A DNA stretch of 64,000 nt from the NCBI GenBank assembly GCA_902619815.1, contig CACNGH010000005.1:15640-79639 (forward strand). The letters are read 5' to 3'. Positions 37,959 to 47,998 of the stretch are shown here, in pieces. This DNA comes from an uncultured Pelagibacteraceae bacterium (GTDB lineage Bacteria > Pseudomonadota > Alphaproteobacteria > Pelagibacterales > Pelagibacteraceae). The position numbers were made by a program, and so were the translations under genes. Under the pieces are notes generated by a model, which saw only the letters and a list, made by a program, of their open reading frames with translations, made no database searches and was not told where the DNA came from. Each line of letters starts with the position of its first letter. The first letter of the stretch is position 1.

Positions 37959-39380
37959 TTATATTTTGTGATAATTATCAACTCCAACAGTATAATTAGT
38001 TCCAGCTAAAGGAACTTTTGCTAAAGCAGATGCCTCAGATGTTAATGCCGCTAAATCTTCAGGCTCTAGTGAGTGGATATTTGTTTTACCACAAGCTCTA
38101 GCTAGTAATTGAGCTTCTAAAGTCATTGAATGCAAATAATTATAAACTCTTAAAGCAGCATCATCAGGATTTAATCTTGCTCTTAATTTTGGATCTTGCG
38201 TAGCAACTCCTACTGGGCAACGACCTGTGTGACAGTGGTAGCATTCTCCAGCTTTTACACCCATTTCTTTTTCAAAATCAGCTTCAGGAATATCTTTGTT
38301 ACAGTTTAGCGCAATCATTGATCCTGTACCAATTGCAATTGCATCAGCTCCTAATGCTAGAGCTTTTGCCATATCAGCACCATCTCTTACTCCACCTGCA
38401 TAAATTAGAGTTACTTTCCCAGTTTTACCAACATCATCAATCGCTCTTCTGGCCTCTCTAATAGCAGCAATTCCAGGTATTCCAGTATTTGCAGCAGCAA
38501 TGTGTGGTCCTGCTCCAGTTGATCCTTCCATTCCATCTAGATAAATTGAGTCAGGATCACATTTTGCAGCCATACGCACATCATCATATACTTTTGATGC
38601 TCCTAATTTTAATTGAATTGGAACTTTATTTTTAGTTAATTGTCTTAACTCTTCAACCTTCAAAGCTAAATCATCAGGACCTAACCAGTCGGGGTGTCTA
38701 GCAGGTGATCTTTGGTCAATACCTGAAGGTAGTGATCTCATTTCAGCAACTTGGTCAGTTACTTTTTGTCCCATAAGGTGGCCGCCCATTCCAACTTTTT
38801 GACCTTGTCCAATAAAAACTTCTATTCCATCAGCTAACTGAGCATGATGAGGATTAAAACCATATCTTGATTGAATACATTGATAGTACCATTTTTCAGA
38901 ATATCTTCTTTCATCCGGAATCATTCCACCTTCACCTGAACAAGTAGCGCTGCCAGCCATAGTTGCTCCTCTTGCTAAAGCAGTTTTAGCTTCATAAGAT
39001 AATGCACCAAAACTCATCCCAGTAATATAAACTGGAATATCTAATTCAATTGGGTTTTCACATCTTGGACCAATTACTGTTTTGGTCTCACATTTTTCTC
39101 TATAACCTTCAATTACAAATCTTGTTAATGTTCCTGGTAAGAAAACTAAATCATCAAATGTTGGAATTTTTTTCATTAATGCCATTCCACGCATTCTGTA
39201 TCTTCCTAACTGTGCTTTAATATGTATGTCGTCGATTACTTCAGGAGTGAAGATAGCGTTATGCCCTAATAAACTTTTATTTCTTTTTCCATCTTCGTGT
39301 GCATGAACGTCAGCTTTTCCACCAACTCCTTTTCCATTTGATTTTACTTTTCCATTTTTTTTACTTTTTTTCTTAGGCAT
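37959..39380 (-). CDS. mgsC: FMN-binding glutamate synthase-like subunit (N-methylglutamate synthase C / GlxD)
   Basis: GMSFGALS, SGEGG, GQGQKVGMGG, SPARHPD, GGVRDGAD, CHTGRCPVGVATQ. Confidence 0.8.
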   Translation of the reverse strand: MPKKKSKKNGKVKSNGKGVGGKADVHAHEDGKRNKSLLGHNAIFTPEVIDDIHIKAQLGRYRMRGMALMKKIPTFDDLVFLPGTLTRFVIEGYREKCETKTVIGPRCENPIELDIPVYITGMSFGALSYEAKTALARGATMAGSATCSGEGGMIPDERRYSEKWYYQCIQSRYGFNPHHAQLADGIEVFIGQGQKVGMGGHLMGQKVTDQVAEMRSLPSGIDQRSPARHPDWLGPDDLALKVEELRQLTKNKVPIQLKLGASKVYDDVRMAAKCDPDSIYLDGMEGSTGAGPHIAAANTGIPGIAAIREARRAIDDVGKTGKVTLIYAGGVRDGADMAKALALGADAIAIGTGSMIALNCNKDIPEADFEKEMGVKAGECYHCHTGRCPVGVATQDPKLRARLNPDDAALRVYNYLHSMTLEAQLLARACGKTNIHSLEPEDLAALTSEASALAKVPLAGTNYTVGVDNYHKI

Positions 39381-40234
39381 TAAATTGCTCCCTTCTTCTC
39401 TGTAGGTTCTAAATTATCATAATTCCAAAGTTTTTTACCAGCTACAATTTTTTTCATTTTGCTAACGTCAAAATCTTCACCTATTTCTGCAACCTTTAGT
39501 TTTCGTCTTAACCAATCTTGATCACTAGAAGTTAATTCTGCATCCACAGCATCACTACCATATGACCCAATTTCTCCACCTACGAAAATTGTCCCATCGT
39601 ACATAGAGTCTCCTAAATTTATTCCAACATCTCCAAGGATAATTATTCTTCCTCTTTGCATCATAAAACCAGTAAATGCTCCAGCATCTCCACCGATAAT
39701 AATCGTTCCACCTTTCATATCGATACCAGTTCTTGCACCAACACTACCTTTGCAAATTAAATCTCCACCTCTTATTGCGGCTCCAAAACAAGAACCTGCA
39801 TTTTTTTCAATAACAACTTTTCCAGCCATTAAATTTTCTGCACATGACCAACCAACTCTGCCACTGATTCTAACTATTGGACCATCACAAGATCCCATTC
39901 CAAAATAACCTAAACTTCCTTCAAAAATTAAATTTAGTTTATTCAAAATACCAACACCTAAACTATGTTTTCCTTGTGGATTTTTAATTACTATTGTCCC
40001 ATATCCTTGGCTCATTAAGTTGTCTATTTCTTTATTAGCTTCAGGTGCTGACATATTCATTACGTCTAAGTCTGTTCTTTTATTGAAGTCAACATCGTAA
40101 GTTCCAAAATAATAAAAGTTTTCAGCTTCATCAGGGTTAAAAAACTTTTGCTGAGTTCTTCCTGTTAATACCTCTGTATGCATTCCCATTGATTGGGCTT
40201 TGGACTTTTTCTCGCTAGTTTTTATATTTGCCAT
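39380..40234 (-). CDS. mgsB: GXGXG-domain subunit (N-methylglutamate synthase B / GlxC)
   Basis: Beta-helix repeats GSLGYF, AENLMAG, GIDMKGG, LGDSMYDG. Confidence 0.8.
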   Translation of the reverse strand: MANIKTSEKKSKAQSMGMHTEVLTGRTQQKFFNPDEAENFYYFGTYDVDFNKRTDLDVMNMSAPEANKEIDNLMSQGYGTIVIKNPQGKHSLGVGILNKLNLIFEGSLGYFGMGSCDGPIVRISGRVGWSCAENLMAGKVVIEKNAGSCFGAAIRGGDLICKGSVGARTGIDMKGGTIIIGGDAGAFTGFMMQRGRIIILGDVGINLGDSMYDGTIFVGGEIGSYGSDAVDAELTSSDQDWLRRKLKVAEIGEDFDVSKMKKIVAGKKLWNYDNLEPTEKKGAI

Positions 40235-41166
40235 ACTTTTACCTCTCCATCAAAAGGATCATAAGTATCAATTTCGTGTGGTAACACAGATCTGATCGCA
40301 ATCTCTTCTGATCCCATTGCAACTAAATCATCCGATTCATAAAGCACCAAAGGTTTTGCTGCCATTGTATCTTTTGCCATACCTAAAGAGTCTTTTGTTG
40401 CTACAAAATAAGTAAAAACACCATCAAGCCCAGATAGAGAGTCTTTCATTCCTTCTTCAAGACTTGCTCCCTCTCTCATTTTTTGTGCTATATAAACCGC
40501 TATCAATTCTGAGTCACATTCTGACATAAATCTCATACCTTTATTTTCCAAAACTCTTCTGTTGTTCCAATAATTTGTAAGCTGTCCATTATGAACAACT
40601 GACACATCACTAAAAGGATAACCCCAGAAAGGGTGGGCTGATTTTATATCTACACCAGACTCAGTTGCCATTCTTGCATGACCTATAGCGTGTGTTCCAA
40701 CAAGTTTATCTAAACTATATCTGTCACACACCATTTTTGCGTTCCCTAGATCTTTGATTACCTCTAAAGATTTTCCCATAGATAATATTTCTACTCCAGG
40801 AATACTTTCAATTCTTTGAGAAAAATCTAATAAATCTTTAGTTTCATAATCAACTTCATATCTTAATGAGTAGGGAAGAGTTCTTTCCTCTTTGATAATT
40901 TTTGCACCCATCTCAGATAGAGTCTGATCAACGATTTTTTTTCTTTCATCGTAGACCGAAACATCTTCCATAACTGAAGAACTACCTTCTCCAACATTTT
41001 CTCCAACCTTAAAACGCATGATAAAATTTTTACCATCCGTATCTCCGTATAAAGCATAGCCCGTTGAATCTTCACCTCTATGTTTTAATGCTTGAAGCAT
41101 ACCCTGAAGCTCACTTCCAACATTTGAAGATTTTCCTCTATGAATTAAACCTGCAATACCACACAT
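40222..41166 (-). CDS. mgsA: Class II glutamine amidotransferase subunit (N-methylglutamate synthase A / GlxB)
   Basis: N-terminal MCGI, HRGEDS, GHARMATES, HNGQL, CDSE. Confidence 0.8.
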   Translation of the reverse strand: MCGIAGLIHRGKSSNVGSELQGMLQALKHRGEDSTGYALYGDTDGKNFIMRFKVGENVGEGSSSVMEDVSVYDERKKIVDQTLSEMGAKIIKEERTLPYSLRYEVDYETKDLLDFSQRIESIPGVEILSMGKSLEVIKDLGNAKMVCDRYSLDKLVGTHAIGHARMATESGVDIKSAHPFWGYPFSDVSVVHNGQLTNYWNNRRVLENKGMRFMSECDSELIAVYIAQKMREGASLEEGMKDSLSGLDGVFTYFVATKDSLGMAKDTMAAKPLVLYESDDLVAMGSEEIAIRSVLPHEIDTYDPFDGEVKVWQI

Positions 41167-41194
41167 ATTTTATACCCTTCTTTTATTTTAAGAC

Positions 41195-42664
41195 CTATGG
41201 AAGACAATCTAGATAAGTATCCAGATCCCATTGAGTTGTTGCACCTAAAAATCTTTCCCATTCATCATTTTTATACCAATGGAAAATTTTATACATTTCA
41301 TCAGGCATAGCAGATTGTATTACTTTATCTTCTGCCAATCTGTCCAAAGCTTCACCTAAACTTAAAGGTAATTTTTTAACATCCTTTCCTGCTTTTTGAG
41401 CCTCATATATATTTCTAGACTCAGGCTTACCTGGATCTATGTTGTTTGTTAGTCCATCATCAAATGCTTTTAACAATGATGCTCCCATTAAATAAGGATT
41501 ATGCATAGAGTCTACCGATCGGTACTCAAATCTACCAGGAGCAGATACTCTTAAACCACAAGTTCTGTTTTGATAACCCCAGTCAGCATAAACAGGAGCC
41601 CAGAAACCTTGATCCCATAATCTTCTATAAGAATTAACTGTGGATGATCCAATAGCAGTTAAAGCAGGAAGGTGTTTCATAACACCACCAATAGATTTTA
41701 ATCCAATCTTACCTGGTAACTGAACATCTTTAGTGTCTGGCATGAATGTATTTGTTCCACCTTCAACATAACTAAACACTTCATCCATTCCAGGAAGAGA
41801 TTTATGACCCAATTTGTTTACTTTGTCTTTTCCGCCTGTCCATAAAGACATATTGGTATGACATCCACTTGCAGAAACACCCATAAAAGGTTTTGTCATA
41901 AAGCAAGCAATTAAATTAAACTCTCTAGCAACTTGTGCACAAATTTGTCTGTAAGTTGATAATCTGTCTGCATTTCTTAAAACATCATCAAACATCCAGT
42001 TTAATTCTAACTGACCTGGAGCATCTTCATGGTCTCCTTGAATCATATCAAAACCCATAGCTCTTGCGTATTCCATTACCCTCATAAACACTGGTCTTAA
42101 TGACTCGAATTGGTCAATATGATAACAATATGGTTTCGAGAAACCCTTTCCAGTAGGAGTTCCATCCTCATTTCTTGTTAACCACATCATCTCAGGCTCT
42201 GTTCCAACTCTTAACTGATAACCATGCTTTTTCTTAAATTCCTTAGCTATAATTCTTAAGTTACCCCTACAATCAGACGTAAGATGACCACCTGGATTTT
42301 CTCTCTCTTCTCTGTTTCTAAAACATGTTACAAAAACTCTCGCAACTTTTTTATCCCAAGGTAACTGACAAAAAGTTTCAGGATCTGGTATTCCAACAAG
42401 TTCTTTAGCTTCAGGTCCATAACCTATGTAGTTATTGTGACGATCCAAGAAAAGGTTTGCTGTTGCACCATAAACTAATTGAAAACCTTTTTCGCAAGTT
42501 CTTTCCCAATGGTCTGCAGGTATTCCTTTACCCACAACTCTTCCAGTAACAGATATGAACTGAAAAAAAATATAATCAATTTTAAGTTCATTAATTTTAG
42601 CTCTAACCTGTTTTACTAGTTTATCTCTTCCAGGTTGGTTAACATGTTTTTCTAAATCAGTCAT
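41195..42664 (-). CDS. Glutamine synthetase-like gamma-glutamyl:amine ligase (second paralog)
   Basis: GTEPEM, DHEDAPGQLELN, FMTKP, SGCHTN, NSYRRL, NRTCGLR, RFEYR, NPYL. Confidence 0.85.
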   Translation of the reverse strand: MTDLEKHVNQPGRDKLVKQVRAKINELKIDYIFFQFISVTGRVVGKGIPADHWERTCEKGFQLVYGATANLFLDRHNNYIGYGPEAKELVGIPDPETFCQLPWDKKVARVFVTCFRNREERENPGGHLTSDCRGNLRIIAKEFKKKHGYQLRVGTEPEMMWLTRNEDGTPTGKGFSKPYCYHIDQFESLRPVFMRVMEYARAMGFDMIQGDHEDAPGQLELNWMFDDVLRNADRLSTYRQICAQVAREFNLIACFMTKPFMGVSASGCHTNMSLWTGGKDKVNKLGHKSLPGMDEVFSYVEGGTNTFMPDTKDVQLPGKIGLKSIGGVMKHLPALTAIGSSTVNSYRRLWDQGFWAPVYADWGYQNRTCGLRVSAPGRFEYRSVDSMHNPYLMGASLLKAFDDGLTNNIDPGKPESRNIYEAQKAGKDVKKLPLSLGEALDRLAEDKVIQSAMPDEMYKIFHWYKNDEWERFLGATTQWDLDTYLDCLP

Positions 42665-42695
42665 TTTTCCCCTTAATGAATTATAAATTTTATAA

Positions 42696-42724
42696 AGCGT
42701 AGCTGAAAAATTTATTTGTGTCTA
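42696..42724 (-). promoter_or_regulatory. Putative internal promoter of GS-like/mgs operon
   Basis: TAGACA - 17 nt - TACGCT on minus strand; AAGGGG SD downstream. Confidence 0.4.
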
Positions 42725-42734
42725 GGCTTGAAGT

Positions 42735-44060
42735 TTAACTCCAAGGGAACGGACTGTTCGAAGTAGGGTGAAGTTCACCTTTCTCGTAACGGTTGAATCT
42801 AAACGGTTTCAATAAATCACTTTCAGTACCCAGAATTTCTTTTGCAACAAGTTCACCTACACCAATCATTTTATATCCATGATTAGCATCAGCAATCATA
42901 TAAACATTTTCTAAAAATCTATCAAAGATAGGAAATGAATCTGGTGTCATGCATCCAAGACCACCTGATGGTCCTTTTCTATATAAACCAGATTTTCCCT
43001 CAAATCTTTTTTGACAATGTGCTAGAGCTGAACACCACATATCATTAAATGCTTCTGTTGTTTGGTATTCAGGAGACTCCACTCCGTACGGGTCAACATT
43101 AACTTGATCAAAATGTTTATCAACTATGTAAGGAGATGTCCCGCCCTGTACACCTAATCCTTCAATGTCTGGCTTGTAATAAATTCCCCAAATTTTATCG
43201 GTAATTAGTTTTTTTGTTGAGTCAGAATATAATGGAGCTGTAGAGTCGACATGAATCACAGGGGGTTGTTTGCCATTATTCATTTTTAAAAAATCTGGCT
43301 CAACACCTAGAACACCTTCTTGCAGCATCCAGTATTTCCACATGTCTGTTTTATGAAACTTACCATCTTTATCTTTAATATTTGCAGTCTTTGGAAGTTC
43401 TAACATGTTCCAGAAATCTCTTACCCAAGGACCTGCACCAACTACTACTTGTTCGCATTCAATAGTACCTTTATCAGTTTCTACACCGGTTACAGCTTTA
43501 CTGTTACTTCCTCTTTTAAATCCAGTTACTTTAACTTCTTTAAATACGTTCACTCCGTTTGATGTTGATTTTTTTTCAAGCGCTTTTATAGAGTCCATAT
43601 TAAATGCGTAACCACCTTTTTTTTCATGCAAAATAGAAGTTATGCCTTTAGCTTGCCAATCATCGAACATACCTTTCATATAATTCGTACAATCTTTTTC
43701 ACCTTCTATAAATTCTGAATCATAACCAATTGCTTTTTGCTGCTCATAAATTGAAGCTACGTCTTCATGCATAACTTCAGGCGAAATTTGTAAATATCCA
43801 ACTGCATTATACTTGAAAGCATCTGGATCACTTTCCCATATAGAAACTGAATGTGCCATTAATTCTCTCATTGCTGGCTGAAAATAATTATTTCTTACAA
43901 CACCACATGCAATGCCACTTGCACCTGCAGCAGTATCTTTTTTTTCTAGAACAACTATGTCTCCAGGATTTTTATATGTTTCTGATAGTTTCCATGCGGT
44001 ACTTAAACCGTGTATTCCACCACCTATAATGACTACTTTTGCTTTTGTGGGTAATGACAT
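42735..44060 (-). CDS. FAD-dependent oxidoreductase, DAO/sarcosine oxidase-beta-like
   Basis: IIGGGIHG, GASGIACG, GAGPW, TPDSFP, NHGYKM. Confidence 0.85.
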   Translation of the reverse strand: MSLPTKAKVVIIGGGIHGLSTAWKLSETYKNPGDIVVLEKKDTAAGASGIACGVVRNNYFQPAMRELMAHSVSIWESDPDAFKYNAVGYLQISPEVMHEDVASIYEQQKAIGYDSEFIEGEKDCTNYMKGMFDDWQAKGITSILHEKKGGYAFNMDSIKALEKKSTSNGVNVFKEVKVTGFKRGSNSKAVTGVETDKGTIECEQVVVGAGPWVRDFWNMLELPKTANIKDKDGKFHKTDMWKYWMLQEGVLGVEPDFLKMNNGKQPPVIHVDSTAPLYSDSTKKLITDKIWGIYYKPDIEGLGVQGGTSPYIVDKHFDQVNVDPYGVESPEYQTTEAFNDMWCSALAHCQKRFEGKSGLYRKGPSGGLGCMTPDSFPIFDRFLENVYMIADANHGYKMIGVGELVAKEILGTESDLLKPFRFNRYEKGELHPTSNSPFPWS

Positions 44061-44162
44061 TATGAAACCTTATTTTTTACAAAGTAGAATTAATATAATT
44101 ATTTTTAGAACTAAAAAGTATATATATAAAATATACACTTTAAACTTAACAGAAATATTTGC

Positions 44163-44513
44163 TTAATAGCTTATATTTTTAAGAGTAGTCAAATATTCAT
44201 TAAACTCTTTGATAAAAGAGTCACTTGGCTTAATATTTTTAATTCTTTGATCTGTTGAAGTTTTTTCTAATAAGAAGAATCCTTTTTCGCAAGCTTCATT
44301 AATGATTAAAGCCGATTTTGGCCTCGATGTTTTGAATAGTTTAGTTTTTAGTTGTTCAACAGATAATTTTTTATTTTCTTTGTAGGCAGACATTACTAAT
44401 AACATCATATGATAATGAGAAGGTGATTTTCTAAAAAAATAGTTACTTGAGGTATGAGATTGTCTCATTTGATCTTCCCAGAAATTTAATAGAGTTTTTT
44501 TGTCTTTTGGCAT
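44163..44513 (-). CDS. Small winged-helix (MarR-like) protein
   Basis: HTH-like SRPKSALIINEACEKGF and wing STDQRIKNIKP (DxR). Confidence 0.55.
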   Translation of the reverse strand: MPKDKKTLLNFWEDQMRQSHTSSNYFFRKSPSHYHMMLLVMSAYKENKKLSVEQLKTKLFKTSRPKSALIINEACEKGFFLLEKTSTDQRIKNIKPSDSFIKEFNEYLTTLKNISY

Positions 44514-44518
44514 TTAAT

Positions 44519-46864
44519 TTATGATCTTACTCTAGACTTAGTTGGGTCATAAAAAGGAAAGACAACTACTTTGGCAGCTATTCTTTTTTGATGACCATCA
44601 ATTTTACCAACTTCAACCTCAGTCCCAATCTCTGAATACTGCATATCAATTCTACACAATGCTATATTTTTATTTAAAGTTGATGATAGGCATCCACTTG
44701 TAACCACACCAACTTGAGATCTTCCAATATGAACACAGTCACCATGACCAGCAATTTCTTTACCAGCTAATTCCAACCCAACAAGTTTTTTTTGAGGGTT
44801 ATTTTTTCTTTTTATTAATTCTTCTTTACCAATAAAATCCTCTTCTTTTGTTTTCAAAGGAACAGCAAAACCAATTCCTGCTTCAAAAGGATCTTGTTGA
44901 CCATCAAATTCATTACCAAATAAAATTAATCCTGCTTCAATTCTAAGTTTGTCTAAAGCTCCAAATCCTGCAGGAATCAAACCATCTTCTTTTCCTGCTT
45001 CCATTAATTTATCCCAGACTTCAGGAGCATGTTTAGGGTGACACCAAATTTCATAACCTAACTCACCAGTATAACCAGTTCTAGAAACAATCAATGGTAT
45101 TCCTTGCAACTCTTCTATTCTACAAATGCTAAATCTAAACCAACCAAGTTCATCTATGGAAGGTTGAGTTGGAGGTGTAAAAATTATCTTTTTTAAAATT
45201 TCCCGACTTTTTGGTCCTTGTAATGAAACGTTACTTATTTGGTCTGTTGAATTTTTAATGTTTGCATTAAAATTTTTCTTTTTTGCAATTTCTTTTAACC
45301 ATTCGCCGCCATATTCATCTCCACAAATCCATCTAAAACCAGTCTCACTTAATCGTAAAAGAGTACCATCATCAAACATCATTCCATTTTCGTAGCACAT
45401 CGCAGAATACACAACTTGACCTACCGATAATTTTTTAATGTTTCTTGTAAGTGTATAATTTAATAACTCTTCTGCATCAGGGCCAATAATTTCAAATTTT
45501 CTTAACGAGGATAAGTCAATTAAAACCGCATCATTTCTGCAAGCGTTGTACTCATTAACAAGCCCATGTTTTGTGTAATCATTTGGAAGCCAAAAACCTC
45601 TGGCATCTATAAAATTTCTAGTTAGCCTGGATGTTCTTTCATAAAAGCCAGAATTTCTTGTGAGTTTTTTTTCAGAGTCTGTTTTCATCCTAAATGCAAA
45701 TGATTTAGTAAATTCTTTTTTTTTGTCATATGTTCTAACAAAAATATTAGTTGGATTCCATGAATTACAAGGATCTATATCACTTGGACACGCTGTTGTG
45801 CCAATAGTTAAATCTTTTAACGCTCTAAACATGACATAATCTCCAGGACGAGAATAAGATTCATCGGAAATGACTGAGTTTAAACCACCTTCAGAGGTAT
45901 TAAAAAATAAATTGATTGCGTGCCAGCCTTTTTGTTTTTGAAGACCATACTTAGACATACTTTCTGTAAGATTATCTGAGCAATTTGCATGGCCAAAATA
46001 ACCAGCATCCTCATAGTACTTTGAAGTACAGGCAAGATTAAACGTATCATGTTTACCAACGGTATCTCTAATTACTTCTACCAAAGGCTCATGGTCAGTA
46101 TCATAAAATTTAGAAAATAATCCTGGACCTGGAAATGTATTTCCCATGAAAGTTCTAGTTGTTTGCCAATCTAAACCTTTCTCAATTCCTTTTTCTAATT
46201 TCTTTGTGTCAAATGCCACAAAGTCTGAACATTGTCTTCCAGTTGGACTTATCACTTGAATGTAGTCACCTTCTTTAACTTCATAAGATATACTACTTGC
46301 TTTTTTTATATTCTCCTCGTGCGATGGTTCAAAGACAGGGTTTGGAATAACATTTAATTCTTTGTAATCAATAATATTTGCTCTTTTAATATAAATAATT
46401 AAATCTGTAGGAGGATTTTGCTTTGTAACATCCATGTCTTGTCCAGGAGCTGCAAATATTGCAAAACAATTATCTTTAGACTTTAATTTAATTTTTTCGC
46501 CAATTTGACTATCAATATCAAATACGATTGAGGATTTTGAATTTGAAATATTTAAATTTAGTTTTTTAAGTTGATAATTGGTTGCTAGAATACTCTCATC
46601 TTTTTTACTTAAGATATCTCTAATAAAATTTTTATTATTGTTACTTTTAAGGTTTAAAATACCTACATCTGATTTTCCATCTTTATTGAAACATATAATT
46701 TCACAAATTTGATTTCCATCGTTATTAATAATCTCTATTTCATCATCAGGAAAAATATAAAAAGCAGTAAGGCCACCACCATTTACAATATGTCTTTCAA
46801 CTCCTGGTGGTAAAATATTTAGTCCTGGATATTTTATTTCTTTACTAGTTCCTAACATCTTCAA
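44519..46864 (-). CDS. tdm: Trimethylamine N-oxide demethylase (DUF1989 + GcvT domains)
   Basis: GRQCSDF, HDTFNLAC...GHANC, TACPSDID; GcvT part DLSSLRK, SRTGYTGELGYE, LRIEAG; next to TMAO transporter and tmm. Start is TTG 46864 or ATG 46858. Confidence 0.88.
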   Translation of the reverse strand: MKMLGTSKEIKYPGLNILPPGVERHIVNGGGLTAFYIFPDDEIEIINNDGNQICEIICFNKDGKSDVGILNLKSNNNKNFIRDILSKKDESILATNYQLKKLNLNISNSKSSIVFDIDSQIGEKIKLKSKDNCFAIFAAPGQDMDVTKQNPPTDLIIYIKRANIIDYKELNVIPNPVFEPSHEENIKKASSISYEVKEGDYIQVISPTGRQCSDFVAFDTKKLEKGIEKGLDWQTTRTFMGNTFPGPGLFSKFYDTDHEPLVEVIRDTVGKHDTFNLACTSKYYEDAGYFGHANCSDNLTESMSKYGLQKQKGWHAINLFFNTSEGGLNSVISDESYSRPGDYVMFRALKDLTIGTTACPSDIDPCNSWNPTNIFVRTYDKKKEFTKSFAFRMKTDSEKKLTRNSGFYERTSRLTRNFIDARGFWLPNDYTKHGLVNEYNACRNDAVLIDLSSLRKFEIIGPDAEELLNYTLTRNIKKLSVGQVVYSAMCYENGMMFDDGTLLRLSETGFRWICGDEYGGEWLKEIAKKKNFNANIKNSTDQISNVSLQGPKSREILKKIIFTPPTQPSIDELGWFRFSICRIEELQGIPLIVSRTGYTGELGYEIWCHPKHAPEVWDKLMEAGKEDGLIPAGFGALDKLRIEAGLILFGNEFDGQQDPFEAGIGFAVPLKTKEEDFIGKEELIKRKNNPQKKLVGLELAGKEIAGHGDCVHIGRSQVGVVTSGCLSSTLNKNIALCRIDMQYSEIGTEVEVGKIDGHQKRIAAKVVVFPFYDPTKSRVRS

Positions 46865-46909
46865 TGTTTTATTATAATTTTATTGTGACCATATTATACT
46901 GAAAACGAG

Positions 46910-46938
46910 TTGACTATACCTTTAAATCAGAACATACT
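46910..46938 (+). promoter_or_regulatory. Putative sigma70 promoter of tmoX
   Basis: TTGACT (46910-15) - 17 nt - CATACT (46933-38). Confidence 0.55.
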
Positions 46939-46971
46939 TTGACATTAATATTAATAATCGAGGGGAAAAAA

Positions 46972-47919
46972 ATGAAAAAAATAATATCATTATTATCTGC
47001 TCTTATAATTTCTGTAGTTAGTTTTGCAGGAATTTCTAATGCTGCAGATAGCAAAAAACCCATCGTAATCCCAACTCATAACTGGTCAAGCCAAATTGTA
47101 ATGGCGTATGTTATTGGTGGAATTTTCGAAAGCATGGGTAACAATGTTAAATATGTAAATGCTGACTCACAAGCAGTTTACGAGTCAATCAGAATTGGAG
47201 ATGTAACTATATCTCACGAAGTATGGGAATCTGCATTTGGTAAATCATTTACAACAGCTCTAGACAAAGGTGGCTTACTTGATTGGGGAGACCATGAAGC
47301 AAGAACACTTGAAGATATGGGATATCCTAACTGGGTTACAGATAAAGGATTATGCCCTGGTCTTCCAGACTGGACAGCTTTAAAAAATCCTGACTGTGCT
47401 AAAAACTTCACAACACCTGACTCACCAAATGGAAAAGGAAGAATGTTGGAAGGTCCACAAACTTGGCATGGTGATTTAATACCTCAAAGGGTTGACGCTT
47501 TAGGTTTAGGTGACCTTTGGTGGGTAAAATTTGCTGGAAGTGCAGATGCGCTTTGGGCTGAATTAGCAGCTGCTGAAAAAGAAGGAAGAGGTACAATAAT
47601 TTTCAATTGGACACCAAACTTTACTGATGGTGCTGGTTTTACATTTATTGACTTTCCTCCATACACCGCAGGTTGCAGACCAGAAGATGGTGGAGATGGA
47701 AAATGCGGTTCTCCAGATGGTTATCTGAAAAAAGCAGTTAATGAGGATTTTCCAAAAACTCATCCAAATGCAGCTAAAGCATTTAAAAAAATGTCATTTT
47801 CTACAAGTCAAATTGGAGCAATGGCAGCTTTAGTTGATTTAGATAAGATGACTCATGAAGACGCAGCTAAAAAATGGTTAGCTGATAATAAGTCAGTTTG
47901 GCAAGCTTTTACTAAATAG
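46972..47919 (+). CDS. tmoX: TMAO ABC transporter substrate-binding protein (ProX/OpuAC family)
   Basis: GAGGGG SD, signal peptide, HNWSSQ, HEVWE, CPGLPDW, FNWTPNF; flanked by tdm and tmm. Confidence 0.82.
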   Translation: MKKIISLLSALIISVVSFAGISNAADSKKPIVIPTHNWSSQIVMAYVIGGIFESMGNNVKYVNADSQAVYESIRIGDVTISHEVWESAFGKSFTTALDKGGLLDWGDHEARTLEDMGYPNWVTDKGLCPGLPDWTALKNPDCAKNFTTPDSPNGKGRMLEGPQTWHGDLIPQRVDALGLGDLWWVKFAGSADALWAELAAAEKEGRGTIIFNWTPNFTDGAGFTFIDFPPYTAGCRPEDGGDGKCGSPDGYLKKAVNEDFPKTHPNAAKAFKKMSFSTSQIGAMAALVDLDKMTHEDAAKKWLADNKSVWQAFTK

Positions 47920-47938
47920 GGATAAAAGTTAAATTTAG

Positions 47939-47973
47939 AGTCTCCCCCACATTGTTGGGGGGGATTTTTTTTT
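47939..47973 (+). terminator. Intrinsic terminator after tmoX
   Basis: AGTCTCCCCCA-CATTGT-TGGGGGGGATT stem followed by T-tract. Confidence 0.8.
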
Positions 47974-47998
47974 ATTTGATTTTGTGTAAAATAAATTC

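Noticed and set aside
46939-46971. ORF-track TTG start for tmoX
   Set aside because: SD GAGGGG and signal peptide support ATG 46972
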